A stretch of DNA of 63,491 nt, filler included, from Dimorphilus gyrociliatus (taxonomy: Eukaryota; Animalia; Annelida): NCBI GenBank assembly GCA_904063045.1. It is 4 parts of 4 records of this genome, joined end to end, with 100 filler letters (N's around TTAATTAATTAA, not from the genome) between each part and the next. Parts side by side here need not be neighbours in the genome. Positions count along the whole stretch, not along the records: positions 48,147 to 56,842 come from CAJFCJ010000296.1; positions 56,943 to 63,491 come from CAJFCJ010000314.1; 2 more parts are not named here. One strand, given 5' to 3'. The notes under the pieces were generated by a model. It was not told the origin of the DNA and searched no databases. It worked only from the letters and a program-made list of their open reading frames with translations. Shown here one piece after another: positions 50,542 to 62,235 of this stretch. Position 1 is the stretch's first letter. Every line of letters begins with the position of its first letter. The position numbers and the translations under genes are program-made.

Positions 50542-51221
50542 TGTACTCTGTTATATTGTAATTGTTGGAATTTCTGGTTTGTCACAACTGTAATTGTCCT
50601 TTCCAATCATTTACCAATTTGCCAAAGTATTGGTTCTAATAGAACCTTTAAAGTTCGTCTACAAATAGTCTAACAAATGTAATTTCGGTAGAAATGAATC
50701 AACAAAACACCAGTATTTCGTCCAAAGAGTATGTATTGAGTAAAATGAGCACCTAGTTCTAAAGGGGCTGACAGAAAACGTCCCCAAGTGAGATTTTTGA
50801 AAGCAACATTTCGGATTGAAAATTGGTTAGGGCGAGTGAAGTAGTCATTGATTTGTAGTTAGGGGGTCAGGGGTAATCAAAAAGGTTAGGGAGTGAAAAG
50901 GGCTAGGTTAGGGTTAGGGTTAAATCATGCATTTGGGGACATTTTCTGTCGTAACCATATACTTTTTTAAGGTTGATAGTTGACAAATTTCAATGTTGAC
51001 AAAAACAAAAGTAACATTTGAAGACAAAGAAAAGTTCTAAATATGCTCATGTTTCCATTGTTTTCCTTCTCCAAATAATAGTTGAATTTCAAAGGTTTGA
51101 GAATTGCATAAAATGTAACATTTTTAATAGGACAAGCCCAACAATGAAGAAAACATGTAGATTGTATATTTGACCATTTTTATAGTCTACTTTAATAATG
51201 ATATTCAATTGATTGAGTTAG
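50542..51221 (-). mobile_element. Partial LTR of the contig-B Gypsy family, interrupted by a MITE
   Basis: 50542-50763 matches LTR ~30220-30439 and 50957-51221 matches LTR ~29885-30150 (reverse complement). Confidence 0.85.
50764..50956. mobile_element. TTAGGG-bearing MITE, 193 bp, in the opposite orientation to 13802-14009
   Basis: TIRs GGGGCTGACAGAAAACGTCCCCAA / TTGGGGACATTTTCTGTCGTAACC. Confidence 0.8.
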
Positions 51222-51675
51222 CAGAACATTTGTTAGATTTATTACAAACTGAGCAAATCCATGTTGTAGTAGCTTTTCTTTTGATTTTAACATTAAAAGT
51301 ATAGTCATTAAAGATTAAAATGTCTTTTACTCTCTGACTTGCTTTTGGTAAAATTTTAAAATGACATTTGTCTTTGTCATTTTTAGTTTGATCAATATCA
51401 CTTACAAAAGACTCTTTCTGCACATCAGAGATTTCCCCAGCAGTGACTGTAATCAGTGTATTTATTGCAATTTCATTACTGAACAAAATATCCTCCTCAT
51501 TCTCAACACTTTGAACTCCTATTGAACAATCAGTAAGGCTTTCTATGCTAGCAAAAGAAAATGATAATCTCAATGCCTCTCTGGATGCATTTTTGCTTTG
51601 TTCTTTTTCTTCATCTACTGTATTCTTTTTAAAATTACAACACAATTTCTTTTTGAGATTTGACAACTGAAACAT
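51222..51675 (-). pseudogene. N-terminal FLYWCH fragment of a MULE transposase, cut by the LTR
   Basis: DILIFNDYTFNVKIKRKATTTWICSVCNKSNKC parallels DILLNDGYSFVVKHKTPSSTIWVCSV at ~40920-41000. Confidence 0.7.
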
Positions 51676-51880
51676 AATGGTGAATTTGTTGCTGGATCTG
51701 GATTGCTTGAATGATTGATATATTCTTTTTCAAACCTTAGTAAATAATAATTTGTGAAAAAGTGAAATTGATAAGATAAGTCAGAATGATTGGATGATAT
51801 ATATTTAAAAGTTGATAATAATGTACAACTTTTGTTATATTTAACATGCTTGAACTCTATTATTTTATGCAACTTATACA

Positions 51881-52416
51881 TGTACATCTTACAACCTATG
51901 CAAGAAAATGCTATAACATTGGCCAAACAGAGGTTTGATTAGTCAGCTTGAAGGCTCATTTTTAATTACCAATAAAGGTTTGGCCAAGTTATAATTTAAT
52001 TAGCCTTCCTAAATGTTGAAGCTTGTAACATTTGTTACCAAAGATAAATATGAACTACACATTTCCGCAACTGTAAAGTGATGATTGGATGTCAGAGGCA
52101 AACCTCAAAGTATATAAATCCACACTATTTTCATTCTAAGCATTCCTATCTGGACTCAACAACCTGGGAAGATAACCTGGAAACAACCTCCAGTGGAACC
52201 ATCCATCTACTCCTCAACATTGGAAGGCAGTTTGGTAATTTGGCAACCTGCTATTATGAACTATCTACTCTGCTATTGAACTCTCATATTGTTACTTGCT
52301 TAAGTATTATAGTTTTGAATAAACCATTTTATTTTAAACATTTGTTTAAAGTTTTGAGTAGAACCAGTATTGTTATAACTTGCAAATGCATAAATTTCCC
52401 AAGCAAGAGCAGTACA
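51881..52416 (+). mobile_element. LTR of a sister Gypsy family (TGTAC...GTACA, 536 bp)
   Basis: It ends AGTACA, followed by a 4-nt spacer and the PBS TGGCACAGTGGACAGGAT (52421-52438). TATATAAA lies at 52111. The left boundary is inferred. Confidence 0.7.
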
Positions 52417-52477
52417 AATTTGGCACAGTGGACAGGATCATTATTTTGGTTTATTCAAAAGTTTGGAGAAAGTAAAT

Positions 52478-53304
52478 ATGGCAGAAGGAGGAAATGGAAA
52501 TGCCATTGGGGCAGTGACAGACTCTAACCCTTCAACTCCAGCAACTCCAACAATTACAATTCAACCAGCAGAAATGTCAGAAAGGCAACAAAGATAAATT
52601 GAAGACTATGATAGATTGGTGAGTGAAATGAAAAGAAATCAAATCATAATTCCACCAGATCATGGAAATGGAACACATCACCCAGCACAGAACCCAAATG
52701 TTGATATCACAACAGTAATTCAAACATTAAGGGCTGCTTGGGACCGCCCTCAAAGAACTATTCTCAAGTTGTATGATGGAAGCAAGGAGTGTTCAAAATT
52801 CAAGGAAGACTTTAATCAGACATGCCATGCTTATGGTTGGGTTGGTGAAGATGTTGTGAAAGCAAATCTTTCAGATTATTTAACTGGTTCTACAAAGGAT
52901 TTGGTGTTGGCTCTGGATGGAGAGCCTACTGTAGAGGAAATGTGGAAAGCCCTCCATGACGAATTTGATCTGGATCTTATGGCTGATCAAGAGAAACTGT
53001 TTAGTCTAAAGCAAATGCATGCGAAAGTGTGGTTCAGTTTGTTAACAGAGCAAAGAAATTGATAAAGAGGCTTTCTCTACCTAGACCAGTGGAACCTCAA
53101 GTGCTTGCAACTATGAAAGAAATGAGACTAATGGAAGTTTTACAAAGAGGATTACAAGAGGAAATTCTACATTTAGTGTACACCTTACATCCTAAATGTC
53201 AAACATTCGCAGAACTATATGATGCTGCTAAGCAAGCAGAAACCTCATTAAAACTAACTCAGAGAAAACCAATCACAATGGTGTCCAAATTGGAAACTCA
53301 ATAA
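52478..53304 (+). pseudogene. Degenerate gag of the sister family
   Basis: LKLYDGSKE..KFKEDFNQTCHAYGW...YLTG...MWKALHDEF is collinear with the contig-B Gag. It has an in-frame stop and a frameshift. Confidence 0.8.
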
Positions 53305-53317
53305 GATTACCACAAGT

Positions 53318-53755
53318 GGATGCGACAGAAGACATTCACAAATCAGTGCTTTTACTCTAACCCTAACCCAGCCTTGGCTGTAGCTAACTTTTTGCATTAC
53401 CCCTAACCCTTAGAGGAGACCCTACTAAGTACAAATCAGTTGCTGTTTTCTTCTGCCTAACCATTTCTCAATTTTTTGGTTAGGATGTTGTAAAATTTTA
53501 ATATTATTTTGTGTAGATATTTTTCAATTAATAAAAGCTGTTCTCTCCTCTGTCTGCCTGTGGGCATTTTCTGTCAACTTGTGGATGTTTTCTGTAAGCT
53601 TGGGGACGTTTTCTGTTCTTTAGTTTATTTTATATAATTCTTTTTTTTTAGTGAAATCATGAGATATATCAAAAAAGAGTCTATTTTTCTATATCATCAT
53701 TGTAAAAAAGGTATAATTTTTTCAATTTTTTTGGGGACGTTTTCTGTCTGAACCC
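53318..53755. mobile_element. Longer MITE (~440 bp) of the same family
   Basis: Left end GGATGCGACAGAAGACATTCACAA and right end TTGGGGACGTTTTCTGTCTGAACCC. Internal CCCTAA repeats, plus extra TIR-core copies at 53561-53618. Confidence 0.65.
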
Positions 53756-53989
53756 AGATTTAGATATCTCAAGTTTCTACAATTTCATTCCACTTGGTGA
53801 TCAGATTTTTGGTGAAAGCACACTTCCTATGAACACTTTCTATTAAAATAAAAAAATATTTGAAAATGTCTAATTTTATCTCAAAAACATTGAAATATCC
53901 CAAGAATTTTTTGATTTGGTCCCTGGTGGAAGTATTAGAAAACATGAAAAACAACCAGAAGATATTGAAATTGTGCACCAAGTTTTTTT

Positions 53990-54590
53990 GTCAGGGTTTT
54001 GTTTTTCGATTGGCTGTCTGGGCTCTTTAATCTCTTTGGGCGCATCAGGTGTTTGACTCCTGGATCGAAAATATCATAATCTTTATTGAGAATTTCACAA
54101 GATTTCATAATCTTCCGGATTAAATTCTTTATTGATATAGTCTACTATATTCATTCCATTGTATATTTCGGGAATAATATCATCTTTATCTTTTCTAAGG
54201 TAATTATTGAGCTCATCAAATATGTAATTTGCATCTCAATATCGTTCATTTTTGCAAGATCTGTGTTCAAAAGATCAGGGCTGTCAATGATTTGCCAGTC
54301 TAATTCATGGAAACCAAAATGATCTAAAAATAGAGATCTGGTCGTAAATGGATTATGTGATATGGCTGAACATCTATATCAGCAGATGAGAGAATATTCA
54401 TGAAAGAAGATTTTCCTGTGTTGGGCAGTTTTAAATTTCGATTTATCATAAAGCACATTTATAAGATCATTATAAAATGGATGGATATCATCTACATGTG
54501 GAAAAGACCTGATAATAACTGTCAACTGTCTAATGTATTCATTAGAAGAAGCTTCTTCCCATTTTTCAAACTTGACATTGTCTATTAAAT
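53990..54590 (-). pseudogene. NOG1: NOG1 nucleolar GTPase pseudogene with internal deletions
   Basis: Four conserved blocks in shifting frames: [50 protein letters not shown]...WQIIDSPDLL..MNDIEMQ and DIIPEIYNGMNIVDYI. Intronless. Confidence 0.85.
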
Positions 54591-54611
54591 AGTGTATTTC
54601 AGAATCTAAAA

Positions 54612-55177
54612 TCTCCTAAAACAAAAGGTTTGTCACCAGGAAAGTGCTTATAATTCCTTGAATTGTTTTTGCCCATCATAAGTGCCCATGATTGTTCAAT
54701 ACAATTAGCAAATAAAATCTCGAATCCTGAGTTTTTAAGCACTTTTTTGTCTTTTGAAGGTTTAAGAGGCACCAAAAATTCCATTAAAATTTTTCTTGTA
54801 CCTTGATGGAGCAATTGAAAAAGAGAATTTGGAGTGTTTGTTCCTACACCTTCCCAAATCAATAAACATGTTTGACCAGTTGTAATTCTGTTGAGAGTGG
54901 CACATTTGGCCATTAATTTCCATTTCTACTGGCTGTAAATGAAGATAAAAGTTTTTCAAATACTGATCAGATGCCACGATACACTTATTATCATAATTCC
55001 AGCACAACTCTTGCTAGTTTTTTCCTCAATTATTTTCAAAGCGACTTGTGCATTCAACATTGTTTCCAGTGTTGTAAAGGTTTTGCTCATGATTATAAAA
55101 AGTGTCTCTTCAGGATCGATTTTATCGAATGTCATGTACATTTTGACTGGATCAATGTTAGACACGAAATGAACATT
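54612..55177 (-). pseudogene. PGI: Glucose-6-phosphate isomerase pseudogene, microsporidian-like, internally deleted
   Basis: [74 protein letters not shown] and HFPGDKP. The GGRYS region is missing and there are frameshifts. Confidence 0.88.
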
Positions 55178-55195
55178 TGCATCTTCTCAGATGCA

Positions 55196-56133
55196 GAAAG
55201 TAGAGCAAAGAGCAGAGGAACTTGTTTTAGTTCACCATTCTTCTTTAGGAAGCTATGAATTGAAAATAATTGCTTAAATGGAGGATTGACAACCTTAAAG
55301 GTGCTATCCATATACCATATTTTAGACAATGCCAGTAATTCCATTTGTTTAGTAGTTGCAAATATTAAAATTTGCTCATTGTTTACTGATAGATCATTTT
55401 TAAGAAAACCATCTGGTAAGAAAGTGTGATGTAAAGGAAAAAACAATGTTTTTGGTTCCTCTGGTTGATTTTTTTGTCTGTGATAATTCACCACTTGTTT
55501 ACAACTACTCATACTGGGAAAATTAGAAATGTTTTGTTTTTGGATAAATGTATCTTCAACAATTCTCTTGGCACTTGTTTGAGTGTCCATTTCTGATCTT
55601 TGTTTTATGATAACTTTCATATCAATAATTTCTTTTAAATTTAATTTGGGAGAATGATTGTGTGATTTTGAACCCAAAGTAAAATTACCATCATTCTCAT
55701 TGACACTACCAGGACATCAATCTTGTTTGATATTAATGTCACTACATCTCCAAATTCTTGATTTATTTCTTTGGTTTTTGATAGTATATGAGAATCCATC
55801 ATGAACAAGTAATGGCTTTCCTTTTTGACTCCCATTTTGGAAAGTTTTAAATGATCCATCACTCCTTAGAACAACATCATCTACATCTTCAAATGAGCTG
55901 TCTTCATGTTGGTTTGTGTTGTGATCAAAAGGAAAATAATCCTCTTTTGTATTCAAATGCTCCATTGTAACATCTTCAGCAAAAACTTCTCTTTGTGGTA
56001 TTTGTGTATTTTTAATGACTACATTATCTATTGGTCCTTCTATTTGCTTAATACTTTCACCATCATTGGCAGATTTGTCTTTTTCATTATTTGCAATCAA
56101 AAGATCATTAATGTCATCAGCAGTGGCTTCCAC
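55196..56133 (-). pseudogene. FLYWCH-MULE transposase pseudogene, truncated after KQVPLLFALL
   Basis: KGKPLLVHDGFSY..IWRCS..HNH and IWYMDSTFKVV..FKQLFSIH. In-frame TGA at 55717. Confidence 0.85.
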
Positions 56134-56685
56134 TTGATTATTTCTAAAAATTTTTTCATCATCAATTCTCTTTTTTGCTGTTAAAGTATTCTCATCACAT
56201 CTTCTTAAAACAATTTGTAATGAATAGTTGTTGATTTTCAGGCAAATTTGACAAAAGCCATCTATATATTAAGAAAAATGGTGTCAAATTGAAAAATATG
56301 AACATTTAACTTACCATTTGAACAAACCTAATGAGTTGTATGCTTACATAGAGAGCATACACCTCTTTTTTGTTTATTAATTTTCTTCTTACAAGCATAA
56401 CAGAGAGATGCCATATTGAAATTATGTTCTGAAGAAAATGATTTGCTTCACAGGTTAGAGAGTATATCTGGCAAAAAGGATGTACAATAAATACATTGCA
56501 TTTATGTTGAAGTCTTTACTCTCTTCAAATCATACATATAACATATAATAAAAATAATTCAAACTTTTTACATATATGTGACCACACTTGTTGCTATAGT
56601 ACAGTGTAAAACATTCTATTTAAATAGAAAAAACTGGTAGAAACATTATGAAATCTATTTCAAATTCAGCATATTTGGTAAGCTT

Positions 56686-56766
56686 GAAGCCTTTTTTAAT
56701 CAGCTTGCAGCCTTTTTCAATCAACCTGCAGCCTTTATCAATTGCAGCCTTTCTTAACCTGATCCC
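56686..56766 (-). repeat. Probable MULE terminal repeat with GCAGCCTTT subrepeats
   Basis: Four (G/A)AGCCTTT-type units ending GATCCC, like the other MULE/MITE ends, upstream of the minus-strand transposase. Confidence 0.5.
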
Positions 56767-56842
56767 AAAAAACTGATGGTGTCAAGAATTTATTGATGAG
56801 ATCAGCAAGTGAACTCCAACAGAAAAAACACCAGATCATATA

Positions 56843-56942
56843 NNNNNNNNNNNNNNNNNNNNNNNNNNNNNNNNNNNNNNNNNNNNTTAATTAATTAANN
56901 NNNNNNNNNNNNNNNNNNNNNNNNNNNNNNNNNNNNNNNNNN
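56843..56942. other. Artificial contig linker
   Basis: 44 N + TTAATTAATTAA + 44 N. Confidence 0.97.
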
Positions 56943-56943
56943 A

Positions 56944-58833
56944 GATGCGTTCGAGGTTGAATTCCAAAAGAGCTATGATAATTTAAAAACGTGGGTGAAG
57001 AAAAATAAGGATTCCTGTGCTCATAGTTTTATTAATTTTGATCCAGAAGTTTTTGAGGGAAAGCTTGAAGATGAACTTTCAGACCAGGAAAACGAAGAAG
57101 AAAGAGATTCTGAAAGGAGAGAAAGAATAAAAAGGGGGAACGAAGCCTTTCTTGCACAAGAAAATAAAAGAATTGGGTATTTCGAAAACTTTTTAAAAGC
57201 AAAAAATTTCATACTAAAAAGTTGTCAAATAAAAAAGAGGAAGCAGCTTTGGCAATAAAAAAAATACAGGAAGAAAGAGATAGATTGAATAAATCAGAAG
57301 AAGATGAAATGGAAGCGATAGAATTGATCAACTTACCAGAAGAAATAAACTTAGAGGGAAAAGAAAAAGAACAGAAGTTTTTCTCGCTTAAAGACTTTTT
57401 CAACCCTAAACTTAGAAACGAATTAGGAATTGGAGGAATCCCAACACATTCTAAATCTGGATTTGTAACATTCAAGCATATAAAAACAGCTTCTATAGTA
57501 AACCAATCACTAGTATCCTCTAAGTTCTTATTCTGTGAAACACAGCAAGCACCAACACCTAATGATATCAATTGGAATACGATAAATGATAACGTTGTTT
57601 TAGCATACATTAAGAAATTTTTAGTTAACGTGATTTTTGTTATAGTTTTGATGTTTTTCTTTGTTGTTATTTTAAGTATAAATTATGTACTAAATATACA
57701 AAACCTAGAAGGCTTTCCAGCTCTTAAGAACATATTCACTACTTTTCCATATGTTAAAACGCTCGTAGAAGGTATTCTATCGCCTTGTATATATCAATTT
57801 ACTCTTATTTCGGTCTCTTTATTCCTAAACTATCTAATTAAGTTTGAAGGACGTATTTCATATTCAGAGCAGCAGAGAAGACAGATGAAACTTATTTCAA
57901 AGTTTTTGCTATACTGCGGTTTCCTAGGTTTCTTGTTAATTTCTTCTATAAACAATCTTATCTTTAACTTCTCCTTTGAAAACTTAGTAAGTTTACTTAA
58001 TGAAATGATTACTGAAGTATCGAGTAGGTTGACAGATTCTTGTGTTTTTTTCTGAATGGAATAATTCAACAGATAACTTTTGGTGCAGCTATGATTCTTT
58101 TAAAGTTAACTTCTTTATTTGGGCTAATTATCTCATCAAAAAAACATTACGAAGATGGTATAACTCTAGAAAATCTCCTAATTTTGAATTTGGTACGATA
58201 TATCCAGCTGTTTTATTAGGTTATCCAATGACGATGTCATATCTAATAATATGTCCTTTGTTTTGTATAGCAGGTTGTATTTATTATTACATGGCGGCAT
58301 TGTTGTACAAAAATGATTTTTTGTATTCTGTTAGGAACAAATTTGAAAGCGGGGGTCTTCATTGGGAGTTTTCATGTGATTGGATTAAAATGTCTTTATT
58401 GATATCACAGATATGTACAATCTGTCAATTTCTAGTAAGAGAAGAGAAAGAAGTAACTATAGCAGCTCTTCCCGTAATACCAATAACTATTTTTGTATTC
58501 GAAAAGATAAAAAAATACTACAAGAAAAGCTCTTCTCATTACGCACTAAATCAACAAGAAGAAGTCGTTATGAATGAATTTACTAAAAAATTTATGAAGA
58601 ACAGATTTAAAGTGATTGAGGAATGGACCGATTACTACGAAAAGATAGAAGAAAACACAATTGACTTTAAAGCTCTAGGTTGGACAGATACAGACAAAAG
58701 TGATATAAAATCATATTATGATGACCCTAGTGTTGTAAAGGCACATACAAGGTTATACCTTCCAAAGAACTTTTTCAAAGTGATGAAATATGTGGAAGAA
58801 AATGACAAAGATAATTTATTAGAAACAAAATAA
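56944..58833 (+). CDS. OSCA/CSC1/TMEM63 (DUF221) channel, 5'-partial, with homopolymer frameshifts
   Basis: GFVTF...Q.......APTPNDINW, FEG..SYSEQQ, PNFEFGTIYP and FESGGLHW. The frame breaks fall in A/T runs near 57230, 58050 and 58140. Confidence 0.85.
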
Positions 58834-59312
58834 TTAAATTAAAAGTATATTTTAAATTTTTGAGGTGTCTGACAAACATTTTTAGAAAAAAATGAGCTCT
58901 TATCACCTCTTTTTTATATGAAACCGGAATCCGATCAATTATTATAATATATCGACTGTTTTGGTTTCTGAAGGGTTAATATTATTTTTTTTTAAATTTA
59001 CAGAAGATAAAAAATCAGAATCTATATTAAATTCTTATACTAAATTTTAAATTTATAAAAAATTAGAATTTATACTAAATTTATAAAAAATCAAATTTAT
59101 ACTAAATTCAATACTAAAATAAAAAAAAAAATAAAAAAATCAAATTTTTGATAAAAAATTTTTTAAAAAATTCTAGAACATTTAAGAATATAAAAAAAAA
59201 TTTTTTTAGAACCCCAGCACATGATGAAACTACACGACGGTCTACTGAAACTACTGATGATTGTTTTCTGATGCTTATTTTTATTTAAAATTTTAATTTT
59301 TTAAACCTTAAT

Positions 59313-59849
59313 ATGAAATTTAGATGTAATAATTTAAAATGTAGAGAAATAGTAAACAAAGATGTACTAATAACAAACTGTTATCACATATTTTGTTCTT
59401 ATTGTGCTCAACATATTGTAAGAACATTAGTTTGTATATGTTGTAAAAATAATCTACAAAAAGAAGATTTAATACTTAAAAGACTAGAAAAGCTCTGTTT
59501 ATTAGGTTATTCTCCTTTAGAATTATATTCTTCTTTCTTTAAATCTATGAATTTTTATTCTTTACAACTAAAATTTGAAAATCAATTTAATAAAGTAGAA
59601 AAACATCGTTTAACTAATTTAAATATAAATTTAATAAATGAAATAAAGAAATTAAGAGATGTTTATAACATTGATGTTAAAAATTTCTCTTCCCAAGTAA
59701 AAATACTAAACAATGATCTTAATAGGGAAAAAGAAACAGTTTATGATTTGAAGTTAATGATAGAAGATAAAGATAAAGAATACAATGATGTTTTAATGGA
59801 GAACGAAAAATTAAAAACAAAATGTAATTTTAGGCTGGATAGTAGTTAG
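59313..59849 (+). CDS. HEI10/CCNB1IP1-like RING plus coiled-coil meiotic crossover factor
   Basis: N-terminal RCN..C...TNCYHIFC..C....C..C followed by GYSPLE and a coiled coil. A Zip3/RNF212-type assignment is not excluded. Confidence 0.65.
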   Translation: MKFRCNNLKCREIVNKDVLITNCYHIFCSYCAQHIVRTLVCICCKNNLQKEDLILKRLEKLCLLGYSPLELYSSFFKSMNFYSLQLKFENQFNKVEKHRLTNLNINLINEIKKLRDVYNIDVKNFSSQVKILNNDLNREKETVYDLKLMIEDKDKEYNDVLMENEKLKTKCNFRLDSS

Positions 59850-59889
59850 GTAAATAAATATAATATTACAATTTTTTTTGGAAACTATT

Positions 59890-60288
59890 ATTTCTTTAAT
59901 TGTATAAAATTAATAATCTATTATAGTATAAAATATACTGTTTCTAGTATATTGTAATTTCTTTAATTGTATAAAATTAGTAATCTATTATAGTATAAAC
60001 ATATACTGTTTTTAGTATATTGTAATTTCTTTAATTGTATAAAATTAATAATCTATTATAGTATAAACATATACTGTTTCTAGTATATTGTAATTTCTTT
60101 AATTGTATAAAATTAGTAATCTATTATAGTATAAACATATACTGTTTTTAGTATATTGTAATTTCTTTAATTGTATAAAATTAATAATCTATTATAGTAT
60201 AAACATATACTGTTTCTAGTATATTGTAATTTCTTTAATTGTATAAAATTAATAATCTATTATAGTATAAACATATACTGTTTCTAGT
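59890..60288. repeat. 68-bp minisatellite, 6 copies
   Basis: ATTTCTTTAATTG recurs at 59890, 59957, 60025, 60093, 60161 and 60229. Confidence 0.95.
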
Positions 60289-60493
60289 TATAAATAAATT
60301 AATTAATTATTAATTTGGTATAGTAATTTCTATATTATTGTATAATATATTGAATTAAGTCCTAATCATAGTCAAACAAGTACAGATATTCTATCAAATA
60401 GACTTGTAGTGTTAATAATGGATATAATTGGTATACTAAGTAACCAATTATTTTAATATAACTTATATTTATACTTTTTTAAAACTATCCCTT

Positions 60494-61881
60494 ATGTCTC
60501 GAATAGTCGTAATTGGAGCTGGTAGTGGGGGATTGGCACTTGCAAGAGAATCTTCAAAACATGGATTAAATGTTACTTTAATAGAAAAGGGAAGAGTTGG
60601 TGGAACATGTGTTAACCTCGGTTGTGTTCCTAAAAAAGTAACTTTTTATTTATCATCGATGCTAAAATCTATTAAGTTTGCTAAATCTTATGGTATAGGA
60701 ATTGACTATAAATTAAAGTGGCTAGAATTTAAAAGGAAAAGAGATTCTTATATTGAAAGATTAAATAAAATTTACGAAAATGCACTAAAAAATGAAGGGA
60801 TTAATTTAATAAGAGGGGAAGCTTTTATTACTGATAATAGAAGTGTAAAAATAGGAGATAATACAATAGAAGCAGATAATATTGTAATAGCTACAGGTTC
60901 TAAACCAAAGGAATTGGAAATAGAAGGTAAAGAGTTCCTGAAGAGTAGTGATGACTTTTTTTATTTAGAATCTATTCCAAAAAGAGTTGTAATTATAGGA
61001 AGTGGCTATATATCAGTTGAACTTGCATCTATACTTTATAATTTAGGTGTAGAAGTACATATTTTAATAAGAGATGGCCTGTTTTTATCACACTTTGATA
61101 GTATGTTTAGTGATGCAGTTTTTGATACTTTTAATGGAAAAATAGAAACTCATCAATTTGCTAATATAAAAAAATTACTTCAATAGGTTCTAAAAAAACT
61201 GTTATATTTGAGCAAAAAAGTAATAAAAATGAAAAAATTATTACTCAAGAAAAAATAGAAAATGTAGATTTTATATTATCTGCAATTGGTCGTGATATAG
61301 ATCTAAAATTCTGTAAACCTAAATTGGAAACTATTAACGGCTACGTCAAGACTAATGATTTATTTGAAACATCAGAGAAAAACATATATGCAATTGGTGA
61401 TATAATAGGAGAACACATGTTAACTCCTGTAGCAATTCATTCTGGAAGACATTTAGCAAAATATTTAGCAAATAAAACATTGTTTTCAAAAACAAGTATT
61501 TTTCAGTTTATTCCTACAGTTATATTTTTAGATCCACCACTTGCATCAGTTGGTTATTCAGAAAAGGATGCAAAGAAATTAATTCTTGAAGAAAAAGAAA
61601 ATTCATTTGATGGTAATCAGTACAAAATAAAAGTGTTAAAATCGGAATTTAAAAATCTATTTTATGGCTTAATAGAGGCAGAAGAAAAGGAGAAAAGTGT
61701 CGTAAAGATTATACTTTTTAATGACCAAGTCGTTGGAATTCATTTATTTGGTAAAGGTTGTGATGAAGCGATACAGGGATTTGCAGTTGCTATAAGAAAA
61801 GGACTTAGTATTAATGAACTAAGAAGCACAATTGGTGTTCATCCTTCTTTTGCTGAAGAGATTGTTACAATTAAAGGTTAA
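60494..61881 (+). CDS. Glutathione reductase (class I pyridine nucleotide-disulphide oxidoreductase), one A-run frameshift near 61170
   Basis: GAGSGG, GGTCVNLGCVPKK, GSGYISVE, IYAIGD, LTPVAI, PTVIF and IGVHPSFAEE. CCC lies just upstream of the ATG. Confidence 0.9.
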
Positions 61882-61967
61882 TTACCTAAATTACTGATTA
61901 ATTTAATAAATCCTTTTAGGTAAACTACTTCAAAAAAACATAAGTTAGTTGACAATATTTAAAGTTG

Positions 61968-62235
61968 AAACATATAGTGGTAATTGTTAAATTTCCTGAT
62001 TTAATTAAAATAATACAGTTATTTATTCTAATTTAACCTTTTAGGTAATTTTTATAGATAAAACATATATAGTGGTAATTGTTAAATTTCCTGATTTAAT
62101 TAAAATAATACAGTTATTTATTCTAATTTAACCTTTTAGGTAATTTTTATAGATAAAACATATATAGTGGTAATTGTTAAATTTCCTGATTTAATTAAAA
62201 TAATACAGCTGATTATTTCTAATTTATATTTTTAG
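61968..62235. repeat. 95-bp tandem repeat, ~2.8 copies
   Basis: TAGTGGTAATTG at 61975, 62070 and 62165. Confidence 0.9.

Noticed and set aside
5028-53410. Scattered TTAGGG/CCCTAA as true telomeres
   Set aside because: There are only 2-3 units each, they are internal, and most lie inside MITE copies.
59890-62235. Regularly spaced repeats as a CRISPR array
   Set aside because: The units are contiguous with no unique spacers, there are no cas genes, and the context is eukaryotic.
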